DNA of 64,000 nt from the human T2T-CHM13v2.0 reference genome, Homo sapiens (GCF_009914755.1 NC_060945.1), one strand, 5' to 3'. Positions 30,800 through 46,335 are shown, counted from the stretch's first letter. Notes: generated by a model from the letters alone, not told the origin. Translations and numbers: made by a program.

Positions 30800-31690
30800 A
30801 TCCAGCTACAAAGTTAAAGAGAAGACCACCTTTACTTCTGACACCCAACCACAAGTTCCATATTGCCCCAAACCACCTTCAGATTCCATAATTTACTAGA
30901 AATACAGAACTCACTGAAACTTATTATACTCACAGTTTTATTTATTACAGGGGAATGATTCATAAAATCAGTCAAAGAAAGAGACACATAGTACAGAGTC
31001 TGGAAGGGTTCCAAATGGGAGATTTGTGCTGTCTTTAGGATGTATTCCTCTTCTACTACTGATGTGTGATGGTACATTTTTGGCCCATTTTGTGTTGGTA
31101 TAACAGAATACCACACACTAGATAGTTTATAATGAACAGAAATTGATTTATCACAGTTCTGGAGGCTGGGGAGTCCAAGACCAAGCAACCAGCATCTGGG
31201 CCTTCTCAATGTGTCATCCCGTGGCAGAAGGTGGAAGGGCAAGAGAGGGAGAGAGAGTAAAAGAGGGACAAGAGGGTCAATCTACGCCTTTTATAACAAA
31301 CTCACTCCCATGATAACAGCATTAATCCATTCACTTTGCCCTCATGGACTAATCGCCTCTCATTAGGCCCTACCACTCAGCACTCTGGAATTGGATATTT
31401 AACTTTTAAATGCATGCTTTTTGGGGGACGTATTCAAAACACTGCAATACACATGAAGAACTATCAAACAGGGAAGCTCAACTGAGCTTCTGTACTCAAA
31501 GATTTTGTTGGAGTTTCAATACATAGGCATGAGTGATTGATTAACAATATAGCAAGTTGTCCAAAGAGCCCATGATGAATAACAAAGACATTCTTATCAC
31601 CTGGTGAATTTCAAGGGTTTACAGATTACCTCCAAAGAACCAGATACAAAGACTGGGCCTCTCTTTGAGTGAGGCCAAATTTCTTTCTAT
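30800..31690. mobile_element. MER21-like LTR interrupted by an MST/MLT1A-type MaLR LTR (about 31075-31446)
   Basis: MER21-like ACTTCTGACACC...AGAACTCACTGAAA on the left and GAATAACAAAGACATTCTTATCAC on the right; central TCACAGTTCTGGAGGCTGGGGAGTCCAAGA is MaLR-like. Confidence 0.7.
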
Positions 31691-32859
31691 GCTGTATCAT
31701 TTGCTATTTTCTTGGCCCCAAATACTCCAATTTCTTCAACTTACATGAGATACAGTTTCTGAAGTTCAACATGTCTTGGATGTGTTTCTCTAGATAATCT
31801 CTAACATTTCAATTTCCTCTTTTGACATACATACTTCCTATTGCTTGTCTTCAGAAGCTATCTCTAATTTAAAGTATTGGAACCCCACTAGGAAGTGTAA
31901 AATAATACTTTAGGGTCAGCCAACTTGGAGAATCCTGACATTTAACAGCTGTTAAAACTTGGAAACATTAGATGTTCCTTCTGAACTTCCAGTTCTTCAT
32001 AGATAACAGTGTTACGAATAATACCCACTTCATATTTTATGGAGGCTAAATGAGATCACGTGTAAAATTTTTCATGCATCATAGGAGCTTGATAGATATT
32101 AGTTATTTTTTGGGACAAATACTGGACAGTGAATTTGTGTGTGAAAAGTATTTTAAGCACTGCTTGCTTATCAAGTCTTCTAGACTAGATGTATGCATAC
32201 ATTATTAAAAACATAATTCAATTCAGTTCATTAAATATTTATCTAAGTTCAACTGAGAAGTGCACAGCATTATGCTAGTGACTGAGAGAGAAGAAGACAG
32301 TTTCTGCCTTTCTGGAGTGATGACATTTTCATAAATATCTCTGATGTAAGTAGATTGGAGTAGGTGTTAAATTCAGATACAAAACTAGTACAACAATGGA
32401 AGTCCAAGACAGAAAAAAATATCTGATTGGGGTCATTGGAAGAATGCATCTCCAAGAAGGTACTATGTCCCTGAAGGCCCAGTAGTGAGTAACTTTGAGA
32501 ATTTCTGAGTGAATTTACTTGGTAAAAAAGTAGATTTAGCAACAAGATATAAATAAATTAATCATGAATATAGAAATAAACTTTAAACAAAATTATAACA
32601 GAAATAAGAGCTCTCTAAAATAATTAGCAATGTTAAAAAAACAAACATAACTTTTAGCCATGAGTTTAATCTTTGCATGAAAAATATTTTATTGATTTTT
32701 ACTGGAATGCAAAGAGATTTCTTCTGTGCTTCATGCTTTAAACATCCAGGAAACTTTACCCAAGTCTGAAATTGATTACGTCAGTTTTTTATTTCAAGGA
32801 AAATATGTGTAGATTTTATTTGAGGTAGTTTTGTTTTGAAAACTATGAAGGAATTAAAC

Positions 32860-33646
<787 letters not shown>

Positions 33647-33701
33647 CACCCTCCCTACCTTTAGCGTCTGCCTCACCTCTTGTCTCTGTGTTCCTCTATA
33701 C

Positions 33702-34765
33702 CTGTGCTGTCTTGTATGGTCACCACTAGCCACATGTGTCTACTGAGAACTTGGAATGGGGCTAGCCCAAATGGACAATATGAGAAAAATGTAAAATATC
33801 TCAATACTTTTCGTATTGTTTCATACGTTGAAATACAAATAGTTTGAATATATTTGATTAAGAAAAATGAATTCCATATTTCTTTTCTTGTAATTAACAT
33901 TTTTGTTTTGAGATAATTCTAGATTTCCATGCAGTTGTAAGACATAACACAGAGAAATCCTGTGTACCCTTTATCCAGTTTTCCCAATAGCAATATCCTG
34001 CAAATCTTAGTCACAATATTGCTACTAGAATATTGACAATGATACTACCTTATTCATATTTTCCTAATTTTAATTGTACTCCTTTGTGTGTTTGTGAGTT
34101 TGTGTAGGTGTTTAGTTCTGTGCAACTTTATCACATGTGTAGGTTGTATCTACCACCACATCAAAATACAGAACTGTTCCTTCATCACAGATTCCTCATA
34201 GTTCCCTTTTATAGCCACTCTGCCCTCCTTCCTGTGCCCTGTCCCTGCCCAGCCCTGACCCCTAGCAACTACTGGTCTTTTCTCCATTTCTAAATTTTTG
34301 TCCTTTAAAGAATTTTGTGTAAATGAAATCATACAGTATGTAAACTTTTGGGATTGCCTTTTTTTTCCTTAGCATAATTCTCTGAAGATTAATCCAAGTC
34401 ATTTTAACAGTTCATTCTTCTTTTTTTGCTGAGTAATATCCCCTGGTAGGGATGTACCACAAATTTTATTTAACTACTTGCCCATTGAAGTACCAAGTTG
34501 GTTCCTGTTTTTGCTATAATCATTTCTGTACAGGTTTTTGTATAATCATGAATTATATTTGTCTAGTTTAAAGGCTCAAGAGTCCAATTGCTAAATCACA
34601 TGGTAACGGCATGTTTATTTTATAAGATTGCCTGATTGTTTTCCATGGTGTCTGTACCCATCTGTTGCATTTTGCTCTTTTTCACTGTGGCTATTAGACA
34701 ATTTAAAATTACATACATAATTTTTCACATTTGTAATAATTTTTCACATTTCAAAAGAACAGCAC
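33702..34765. mobile_element. MER3-like hAT element split by an antisense L1MC-like 3' fragment (about 33897-34665)
   Basis: Left piece CTGTGCTGTC...CACTAGCCACATGTG; right piece TGTGGCTATTAGACAATTTAAAATTACATA...AACAGCAC. Confidence 0.7.
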
Positions 34766-34929
34766 CCAGACAGTTCTTGTTCTCAAGAACAGGACTTGAG
34801 ACAGTCCTGTTCTCCAGTACCAAGCTCTTACCACCTCAGGCTTTCCCAGGTGCCTCGATTTCTAGCTGGAGTGTGTTCTCATTATTCCCGGACAGATGCA
34901 CAGACTTCTACAGCACAGTGAGTGGTTAA

Positions 34930-35112
34930 AAAAAGAATCTAAAACTAAGCAACCTGGGTTTGGATGCTGGGTCTGTCCCTTACTGGCTCTGTGATTTGTT
35001 AAGGTATTTAATGCCTTTGTTCCTCAGTTTTCTTATCTGTGAACAGGGTGACTGTAGCAGTACTGATGTCATTAGGTTGGTTTGAGGGTTGAGTGAGTTA
35101 GTACATGTAAAA
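34930..35112 (+). mobile_element. MIR
   Basis: Core CCTCAGTTTTCTTATCTGTGAA...GTTGGTTTGAGGGTTGAGTGAGTTAGTACATGTAAAA. Confidence 0.7.
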
Positions 35113-35219
35113 TTGGGTCCCATTGAAACCCTTCTAACCCTTTACCCAAGAGTAGGTTTAAATCCTCATATAGACTTCCATTGCAGTCAATGTCCTTGTT
35201 AAAATTGTAATTACATGAT

Positions 35220-35588
35220 TGTATTAGTCTGTTTTCATGCTGCTGATAAAGACATAACCAATACTGGGCAATTTACAGAAGAAAGAGGTTTAATGGATTT
35301 ACAGTTCCACATGGCTGGGGAGGCCTCACAATCATGGTGGAGGGCAAAAAGGAGCAAGTCACGTCTTACATGGATGGCAACAGGCAAAGAGAGAGCTTGT
35401 CCAGGGAAACTCCTGTTTTTAAAACCATCAGATCTCGTGAGACTCATTCACCATCATGAGAACAATGCAGGAAAGACCTGCCCCCATAATTCAATCACCT
35501 CCCACCAGGTTCCTCCCACAACACGTGGGAATTGTGGGAGCTGCAATTCAAGATGAGATTTGGGTGGGGACATGGCCAAACCATATCA
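35220..35588 (-). mobile_element. Solo THE1B/THE1C LTR (ERVL-MaLR)
   Basis: TGTATTAGTC...CCAAACCATATCA; perfect 5-bp TSD ATGAT at 35215-35219 and 35589-35593. Confidence 0.95.
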
Positions 35589-36330
35589 ATGATTGTTTCA
35601 TATTTTTCTCCACTACTGGAATCTAAATACCTATGAGGCCAGTGACCTCATCTATCTGATTTAGTGCTGTATCCTCATTGCTAGCACAGAACTAGTTAAG
35701 AGAAGGCACTTATCACTTAAGAATGAATGAATGAATGAATGAATTTCCTTCAATGTAAACATTTACTCACTATTTACTTAAAGTACTATTTTGTTTAATT
35801 TATCCTTTCTTAATGTTTAAAAGATCATGTATTATTCATGTTTCTCTGATTCGGAAGACTAGGCCTCTAAGTTATCTGAACAGTTTTTACATGAAGATCC
35901 CATGTATTCTGAAATAAAAATTGTTCCAGTGTAATGACAAAAATCAAATGAAAAAATAATTAGACATATCTGTATGATACTATTTGATTGTTAGTTTTGT
36001 TTAATGTGTGTGGCTTAAATAATCATTTTATTGTTATACTAGGATAGGTTGACAGAATCCATGTTACTTAACTGCTTCCTTTGGCTTTATGGGCCTTTTG
36101 AAGTCTTAGCCCCCAAAGCATCAGTAGGTGATATTGACATTGAAGTACTTCTTTATCTCTCTGCAGATAATTTTATCTCATTATTTCAATTATTTATGGC
36201 TTCAATTAGGTAACCTCCATGACATTCTTAGGAAATTCAGAAAAAAACATGGCACAACTTCGATGATTTTCATTTAGCCACTCTCTAAGACCCAAACTGT
36301 GTACCAACCATCATGATCAACAGCATATGC

Positions 36331-36334
<4 letters not shown>

Positions 36335-36370
<36 letters not shown>

Positions 36371-36383
36371 ACACACACACACA
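36335..36383. repeat. (CA)n microsatellite, interrupted by CGTG
   Basis: Read directly from the sequence. Confidence 0.97.
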
Positions 36384-37009
36384 TTTTGTTAGTTATCTAC
36401 CTTTACTTCCTCATCTACTGAGGGCAGTTTCTGTAGTAGAAAGAACGCTGACTTATGCTTATTCTGAGCTAGGGTGAGTTAGGCTCTTGCTCTACCATTT
36501 TTATTAACTCTGAAGTCTTGAAAAGACCAATTAGCATGTTTCAGCCTTCATTTGCTACATACTGGGAATCATACCTGGAGGAATCACATTGATGACAAAA
36601 CACAAGAGTCCATGTATAGAACCCTAATAATAAATAGCTCCATATTTGGATAGTACTAGCCCACGTGCTGAATCTCAGGGACATACTTACAGATGTACGT
36701 TTCCTCCAATTTCCCCTATATGCCCTCAAAGGCAGGTATCATTGGGCCAATGTTATACATTAAATATGCTGAGTATCAGAAGTGAAATTTAACTTCACAC
36801 AGTTATGTGACAAGACTGTGCTATAAAACCATGACTAAATCCAAACTGATCCATAGGAGGGTAAAATGTCCGTTTTCTTCATTAAAACTTCTCAGCTCAA
36901 ATTTATACTAAAGCATATCCAGGAATTAAAAAAAAAGGTTTTGATGATATTTGCTTTCTAGTTTAATAAGTTTTAATACTGAATAGGTTAAATTAATACA
37001 AAATAACAT

Positions 37010-37260
37010 AAAATGCTAATATTTATTGAGTATTTACTTTGTACCCACTACGATTTTAAGTAATTTACTGGGATTATTTTATTTTAGTTTAACAATGCAG
37101 GTAGCTACTATAATCGTCCCTATTTTACACTTGAGGAAACAGGCTAAGAGAGATTAAATTAGTGGCCCAAGGTCAGAAAGCTCGTAATTCTTGAAGCCAG
37201 GGTATGATTCTGTGTAACGTGAGGGTTCAAGCCTTTACCAGTGATGCATGTTGCCTCTTA
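37010..37260 (-). mobile_element. MIR
   Basis: CCCTATTTTACACTTGAGGAAACAGGCTAAGAGAGATTAAATTAGTGGCCCAAGGTCA. Confidence 0.75.
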
Positions 37261-39479
37261 TTTCATTAATTTAAATTGGTCATTTGGGTTAATCACATAG
37301 AAGGTGACGTTCCATTTTGTTTTTGTATGACTTGCATTCTTCAACATTTTTCATCCACAGTGTGATAAAATAATATCATGTTCATTCTCTTCTATACCTT
37401 TACATTTGTGTTTCCCTATGGCCTTTATAAATAAAACAAACAATTTCAATAGCAGATCCTTGCGTGAAGTGAGTTAGTGCATCTGGCTCCTCCCATTTTC
37501 CTGTTGCAACCCAAGGACTTTGAGGGTCATCATCATATCTACCTATAGGCCAGCAATAATTTTCATGATTGGGTAACTCTAGTACTATGGATATGAAAAT
37601 GTAATACTACATTTCTTAAAAAATTACTTCTATTTTAGTAGATCTCTATATAACTACCTTCTGGAATAACAATATTATGTGGATTATTTTTTCTAATTAA
37701 AATATTAAATCTTTATTTAAAGACTGCTGTTCATTTGGCTATTTATTTACACATTACATATGAGTCTCTGTTTGGAATTTGTTAGTTTCTATACATCTGC
37801 TCCATGAGCTATTTGTATGTGAAAGTTGCTGCTTTATAAGAACATTTGCCTTTACGTGTTGCTATTTTATTATTGCTATATTTAATTGGAATGCCTCTAT
37901 TGTGTAACCAGAAAGAGTTTTCCAAACTTGGGAATGTTTGCATCACATAGTATAGAGATGTTTATTTATTTATTTAATTTCATTTCCCTAAGATATCAAC
38001 TTTGATTAATAATTATATACAGGCTTTGTTCTTCTTATCTGGGTGTCAACAGTAATTGGAATCCATATCCATATCCTACCTTGCAATCATGCTGCAAAAG
38101 GCCAATAAATTCCCGCTGAGTGTGTTACTTGTTAAATTTAGTGCATTACATTCAGGGTAATGAATAAAAGCAGTGGACCGTTACCGTCTGGCTGGCTGAG
38201 GAAGGTTAGAACAGCCAGACTCCCCTGAGGCCTTGAGCCAGCTTAAAAACGGTGACAGGCAGAATCAAGGGAGTCCCCAAGCATCACAGTTCAGTTTGTC
38301 TCCCTTAATTTCCTCTTCTGTAGAGACTCAGGCTGTAGGGAGGTGAGGTAATCTTATCCATTAATTCACCACACTTTCATAAAATGCTGCGTGCTCTGGT
38401 TTCATTAACAAGCAAATACAGTTTAGATAAATAGTTATGTATTTACATTTGAGTAGGGAAGTGAGAATGCTACTGAATGTAAACAAGTGGCTACAGCTTC
38501 ATGCAGTTCACTTTGCATATCCACATATGTCTATTGTGTATTCATTTGTCTGTATTAAAAATGCACATAGATATTTTTGTGAGTGAATAATCAATAAAGC
38601 AAGCCCCATAGGTATATATGTCTACCTACCTCCATCTCATATTTATTAAACACACGTAAGCAGTCACTGAAAAAAGGACTACAACATTGCTGAGGCTACT
38701 TACAACTGTTTCTTAATAAATAAATACATGCTTCATATAAAAATATTATTTTTAAAACTGTAATGTAAAAATTTCAGATGTATGGTAAATATGCAAATGC
38801 AACAATATTAGAAAAAACTGGTCTATATTCTCAGTTTACTGTTTACAGTTGTGAGAACTGAGTGAGAGTCCTTATTCTCCCAGTGTAATAATTATTACAC
38901 ATTATGCTTCCTGCCAAAACTAGCTGACTGCCTTAGTCCTTTGAGTTGTTGTGAATATCAGTATCAATTCAAAAACAACTATTTAATAACAACTTTCTTA
39001 AAGAAAGGAAGAAAATATAATTTTATGAAATGACCACTTTTATTATTCTTGAGTGTCTCAGAAACTTTAGTGTAAAGTGTCCTTTGCTATCCAGGATATA
39101 ACAGCTGGTTCCAGATAACATGGTATGTCTCATTAGAGAGATACTAGATCTAATTATGCAACATATAAGCAAGATCATTATAGAAACATTATCTCGATGA
39201 GGTAAGTAAAGTACATGTGAAATCTAACTCTGCTGTTTGAAAGAATTTTTGAAAGCAAATGTAAGGAATTAATAATTACTTAAGTGTATGAAGAAAGCTG
39301 TTGCAAACTACTTATGAATCTTTGACATGTAATGAAAAAATATAATAGAAAGATAAGTACCCTGATTATTTGTGCTAGAGATAAAAATGAACTTCTGGGC
39401 AAATATCTTTTGCTACCGACAAATTTTTTTTCTAAACATAGTAAAAATGAGTGCCTTTTCATAGCATTTCTACTGTGTC

Positions 39480-39661
39480 AGAAATTCTCAAACTTTAGAG
39501 TGTAACTGAAACACAGAGAGGGCTTATTAAAACAAAGATTGCCGGTCTCCAATCTCAGATTCTGTTCAATAAGGCTAGGTAGAGCCAGAAAATTTGCATT
39601 TCTAAAATTCCCAACTGGTGTTCATGTTGCTGGCCCAGGTCCACTATTTGAGAACCACTGC
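39480..39661. mobile_element. MER5A-like element (similar copies at about 41195-41352 and 50020-50190)
   Basis: TTCTCAAACTTTAG...AATTTGCATTTCTAA...TTTGAGAACCACTG. Confidence 0.7.
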
Positions 39662-39774
39662 ACTATGTGAAAATCACTAAAGAAGACGCTTAACTTACAT
39701 TATCTTCTTGATTATTTTTCTTTAAGATGCAAGTCCATGGATTCTATTCTGTTAGGTATTTTGCTTTCTTTCCT

Positions 39775-39901
39775 TTTTATTTTTTAGAGACAAGGACTCA
39801 CTGTGTTGCCCAGGCTGGTATTGAACTCCTGGGCTCAAGTGGTCTTCTCACTTCAGCCTCCCAAAGTGCTAGGATTACAGGTATGAGCCACCATGCCCAG
39901 C
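39775..39901 (-). mobile_element. FLAM / Alu left monomer
   Basis: Monomer with GAACTCCTGGGCTCAAG directly joined to the T tail. Confidence 0.85.
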
Positions 39902-40000
39902 TTGCTTGATATTTTTCAATTAAGCTATTTATCTATCTTTGAAAATCTAGATTCCTTTACAAATAAATCTATCTTCAAAATATAGTTAAGACTATATGCC

Positions 40001-40510
<510 letters not shown>

Positions 40511-40750
40511 CTAAGTTTATTAATTCTGTTCATATCAATTTTAAATTTATCAAAAAGTAGCTACTGGGTCAAAGTCTTGATATTGAAAAACTGGATTATG
40601 ATCTGTTTTCCAAGTTGATTTTAACTAAGCGATTTGACTAACTCTTGTCTCCATCTTCACAGCAAAACAGAGCGTGACACTCCCAATCATCTGCATGCTG
40701 GAAATGAGGAAATGGTTATTGAATGATACAAGTGCTTTTCGATCATTTAG

Positions 40751-41071
<321 letters not shown>

Positions 41072-41438
41072 TAGCAAGATCACTTTTTAAGTATCCAGAA
41101 AAGCTCTTTCTTATGCTGAATTATGTCCAGAGGCATAACTAGACTGAAGGTTTAGACTCCATTCATTCTCCTATGTTTTTGTTCTTAACTGCATTCTGCA
41201 GTCAAATCAGGAGCTTTAGAAAATACTGATGCCTGGCTCTCAACCAGAGAGAACTGAATTGAATTGGTCTGGTGAGTAGACACAGGTCATTAGGATCTTT
41301 AAAAAATCTTCTCATGTGATTACAATGTGTAGCTGAGAGTTTGAGACCAATGTTTACCGTTATTTACAGGTGAATTCATTAAAAGAGCTAACAACAATGA
41401 AGTTAATGTACGCATCTCACCTCTCAAGAGTATTAACA

Positions 41439-41739
41439 GGCCAGGAGTGTTGGCTCATACCTGTAATCCCAGCACTTTGGGAGGCCAAGGCGGGCGGATC
41501 ACCCAAGGTAAGTTCAAGACCAGCCTGACCAACATGGTGAAACCCCGTCTCTATTAAAAATACAAAATTAGCCAGGCATGGTGGTGCATCCCTGTAATCC
41601 CAGCTACTCGGCACCTGAGGCACAAGAATTGCTTGAACCCGGGAGGCAGAGGTTGCGGTGAGCCGAGATCCTGCCATTGTACTCCAGCGTGGGCAACAAG
41701 AATGAAACTCTGTCTCAAAAAAATAAATAAATAAAAATA
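41439..41739 (+). mobile_element. AluSq/Sp-like
   Basis: Full dimer; TSD AGTATTAACA. Confidence 0.93.
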
Positions 41740-42049
41740 AGTATTAACACATGGGAAATCATAAAGTTTTCATTCTGAGCAGTGTGTCTTTGAATGTTTT
41801 GACCACGCAGAGATGGGATTATCATGGTAAAATCCACTCTATGGATTTACCATAATCTTGGTGGTAACGTGTTAACAGAAGCAATATTTATTATGAGAGT
41901 TAAAGTTTCATTTGGTTTAGGTTCATATTTTCTTTCTCCTGTCAGTCTGCAATGGCTCCCTAACATAATTCCAGAGAGCATATGATGTGCTAGGCTCTGT
42001 GTAGGGGACAGGAGCACAGTGGTAAACCAACGTAAAGGTAAGTTTCTAG

Positions 42050-43200
42050 AATAATTAGTAATATGTTTAGAATAAATACAAATATGAAAATCATTGGAAA
42101 ATTAAAAGAGTTAAATGTTTAAAAAAGATTTACAAATCAACAATAATTTGATGTTAAAATATAGATTATATTGACAAAAAGTAGAAAGGGAATGTGGATG
42201 TGAAGAGAGGGAATAAAAGGAGTACAAAAGGAAAGATGTATTCATATTTTTGTCCTAATTGGGCAGGGAAAACTGTGCTGCTTCATTCTTGGCTTTGATA
42301 CTAACACAGGTATAAAGTATAAGAAATATATGTAGACATTTTAAGGAGACGTACAAAATAAATATAAAATATAAACATTGTGTATAATTATCAAATCACT
42401 AGTCAAGAATCATATAATTTAAATAACTAAAATCAAGGCAATAAAAGTCAAAGTTAATAACTGTTATTTATTAACAGTTATTTAAGGACTTGTACCCTAT
42501 AAACAGAAACTGTACATTTTTCAAGCATCTATGATTTACCAAAATAGACTAGTATTAGTTAAGAACAAGATAATAATAATAAATAACAGAAATTTCAGGA
42601 ATTACATAAGGTCACAACTTAATAATACAAAAAAAATAATCTTTTCATAAAAACATTCCCCAAAAATATTAAAAACAAACAACAAATCAATAACAACATT
42701 AAAATAAGCAAACCATTTGCCTAAATAACTGTTGTGACAAAAGGCAAACTAAACCATAACTGTAGGCCATTTAAGAGCCTACTAAATTACAGCACCACGT
42801 TTCAACACTGATGTATTACCAAAGCTCTTCTTAGAGACAAATTCATAGGCTTTAACAGTCTATTAAAAAGAAGTGTAAAAGAATCATGTCTTTATCACAG
42901 GAACTTAACTGGACTACAATAAAGCAAAGATGAAACTTAGAAAGAACACAAATTTAATTGCATTAGAGAAATTGGAAAATCAACAAGTAAATCACAGAAC
43001 TAATATTTTTAAAGAAAAAAATTCGTTACTATTTTAAAAGGAATAAGCAGCAGGAAAAAAATGAGAAAGAATACAACACGCAGAAAATTTTTAAAAAATA
43101 CTGAGGGTAATGTTTAAGAAGGTAATTGCAAATTTCTAGAAGAAATGCTAGCAAATGTAATTTGTATAGGATGTTAAAACAATACTTAATAATGCAGTAC
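42050..43200 (+). mobile_element. Highly degenerate L1M ORF2 fragments
   Basis: A-rich sense sequence with L1 endonuclease-region phrases (ACATTTTTCAAGCA...TTTACCAAAATAGAC). Confidence 0.5.
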
Positions 43201-44537
43201 TACATTATCTTAGCAATACATAGATGATTTCAATAATCAGTTTATAATATTTGACTATATATAGCAGCATTCTATCTCTCCATGTATTCAAGTTTTCTTA
43301 TAGGACTCATAAATATGTTTTAATAGACTTCTGGCAAGTTTATACTTTTGTGAAAATTAGAAAGATTTTTTTCCATTACATTTTTTACCTGGTTATTGCT
43401 GGATTGGAAGAGTCACAAAATTCCACGCACACAACTTGGATGTAAACAAAAAATACAGCACACATAATCTGGTCTTTTTCTGAATTCCACGTCCAAAATT
43501 TGGCAGAAAAAAAAAGTGTTCAATCTCCTGTGAATCTACTCTGATCTGCTATACTAAAAAATACTTAGTCTTTTTGTGCTGCATTTTTCCCCCCTTCCCC
43601 ATTATCTCCTCCTAAGCCTTGCCTGGGAATTGCAAGCCCACTAGAGATCCTATTCGGTCACTAGGCAAAATCTGATTTACAATTTTGGCTGAGGAGAGGG
43701 AACATATTAAAACATATCAACAATTTTAGAATCAATATTATTAAATTTCATGTAGGTTTTAGAAATGTTTTACTTGTATACTTTAGACTTCATTTTATAA
43801 AATTACATTTTTAAAACTTTTTACATTTTTAGGAAATACATGTTAGCTAAAAAACTGTGTTTTGCTCCCTGCTACGTTTGCTTATCCTATCCTTCATTAC
43901 TCCTTGGATTTTAGTCTAACTGGTCTTGGGACATGCCTCTTCCCCACAAACACCCCCACCACCATACCACATTGCTGTGACACATTTAGCTTGTTAATGT
44001 GGTAAGAGTGGAGCTCACTTACAGAATTTTTGCAGACTAGACCTTAGGCTACAGGTCTTTACCATGGAGCAGAAAAGTGGTATCTCAAACCTCATTCACA
44101 AAGGTTGATCTAGTCCAAGCCCCTCTCCAGGTTCATGTCCATGTACAGCTTTGTTCTTATTGTAACAACCTACATTTTAGAATAGGCAACGAAGACCATT
44201 ACCAAGAGCAGTAGGAGGGGCAACCTTCGGCTGTTTGTTTTTCAGGATCTCAACTTGTGAACTTACTCTTCTCTTCACAGAATGGGATAACTGCCTGGCA
44301 CTCACCAAGCTACACTTGAAGAGGATCAATCCATGTCATCATGTCCCCAATTTCATAGCACCAAGTATTTTGTTTATTCACAAATGCCCTATTATGGACA
44401 TCTAGCAAACAATGATACATCAGAAAAGGACATGTGCATAAATTTTCATGGAATAAGGTATAAAGCCCAACTCTCAATACATACTAATCATAACAGGAGT
44501 CTAAGAAATATTCTGAAATAAATGGGAATGCAGAATG

Positions 44538-44939
44538 TGTCAGGCCTCTGAGCCCAAGCTAAGCCATCATATCCCCTGTGACCAGCACGTACACATCCAG
44601 ATGGCCGGTTCCTGCCTTAACTGATGACATTCCACCACAAAAGAAATTAAAATGGCCTGTTCTTGCCTTAACTGATGACATTATCTTGTGAAATTCCTTC
44701 TCCTGGCTCATCCTGGCTCAAAAGCTCCCCAACTGAGCATCTTGTGACCCCCACTCTTGCCTGCCAGAGAACAACCCCACTTTTTCCTTTACCTACCCAA
44801 ATCCTATAAAACAGCCCCACCCCTATCTCCCTTCGCTGACTCTCTTTTTGGACTCAGCCCGCCTGCACCCAGGTGATTAAAATCTTTATTGCTCACACAA
44901 AGCCTGTTTGGTGATCTCTTCACAGGGATGCGCATGAAA
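44538..44939 (+). mobile_element. Solo LTR7 (HERV-H)
   Basis: TGTCAGGCCTCTGAGCCCAAGCTAAGCC...GCGCATGAAA; TATAAAA at 44805-44811; ATTAAA at 44876-44881; perfect TSD GAATG at 44533-44537 and 44940-44944. Confidence 0.97.
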
Positions 44940-45744
44940 GAATGTGCCACAGAAAATGAGACACATCAATGAGGGTAGGTTTGAAATACCAATTTAAAGC
45001 AGACTTTCACCGTTTGGCCAGGCTATAAACATTAAAAATCCATAACTAAGATCTTACTATATATTCAGGCATTTTAAGAACTCTGCATATATAATTACAT
45101 TTGACCCTTCTAATGCCTTTATCAGATAGGTTCTATTATTGCTCTTTTTTAAATAAAGAAGATAAACTTTGAAGAGATTAATAAATTAATAAATTGGTCC
45201 TCCATGACACAGATTAATAAATAGCAGAATCTTGATTCAAATTCTATTTTGTCCTCGATTTTAACTTCATAATCATAATGTTATAATGTTGTTTCATGTT
45301 ACTTTTAGGGATTGCAAAAGGTTAAAACCCAATTTATATTAGTTTAAGAAAAAGCAGAAATCATAGAGGGTACCGTTAGGGTACTTCCCCCTTTCTATGA
45401 GGCGTTTCATAGAAACCAAGTACAGGAATACAGCTGTGCCTCAGGAATATCAGAATCCAGGGAAAAAAGACTGACCAAACTTAGTTTCCACCTCTGCCCC
45501 AGCCACCTGACCCCCTTCCACCACACTCCACTAGCTCCCTCCACCTCCGCTCTACCCCCCACTGTCTTACTTCCATCCACTTAGTAGAAAACATAGTTAC
45601 TGTGAGCTTTATATCTTTTAGTCCAAATATTCAATGCCCAAAAACAGTTGCTTGACCTTTTTTTTTTTTTTTTTTAATCACAAACAACACTAATTGTGGG
45701 GATGGAACACTTTGGCCAGGTTTAGGTCATTGTCCATTCTAAAA

Positions 45745-46335
45745 CAATTATCTATTCAGTCTCTTAAATCAAGAATATTTTGAGAATGTTTTTATATGTC
45801 TGACACTGTCTTTAGTACTGTGAATCCAGCAGTGAACCAGACAAACAAGATCTTATATTCTATAGAGAGAGACAGGGAATAAGTAAGTTAAAATATATAA
45901 TAAATATCCAAGAGGCAAATACATATATAAGATAAATACATAAGCTGATTTCAAATAGTACTACATTAAAACAAGGTAATATATAGCAAAAGATTGATGG
46001 GGCAGAGGAGTGGAGGTCAATATTAGATATATAAGAGAATATTTATCTGAGATAACATCTGAATAGAGACCCAGATGACAAGAAAAAAACAGCCATCAAA
46101 AAATCTAGAAAGGTGATGGCAGGTAGAGAGGATGAAAGGTACAAACACAATGAACTGAGAATATTAGACAGCCAGGATGGCTAGAACCTAGTAAGCAAAT
46201 GGGAAAAAATGTAGGGAATAAGTTAGAGGCAGGGAGGCAGACAGGGACTAAAATTACATATGGGAGGCTCTGTAAGGCATTTGAATGTTATTCATGTGGA
46301 AAAAGTTATAGCCAAAGGGAGGATGCTATGATTTT
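45745..46335 (-). mobile_element. L2 fragment
   Basis: Degenerate antisense L2 (CAGCAGTGAACCAGACAAACAAG...TTTATCTGAGATAACATCTGA). Confidence 0.55.

Noticed and set aside
35215-35556. 113-aa and 70-aa ORFs
   Set aside because: They lie within the THE1 LTR and are chance frames.
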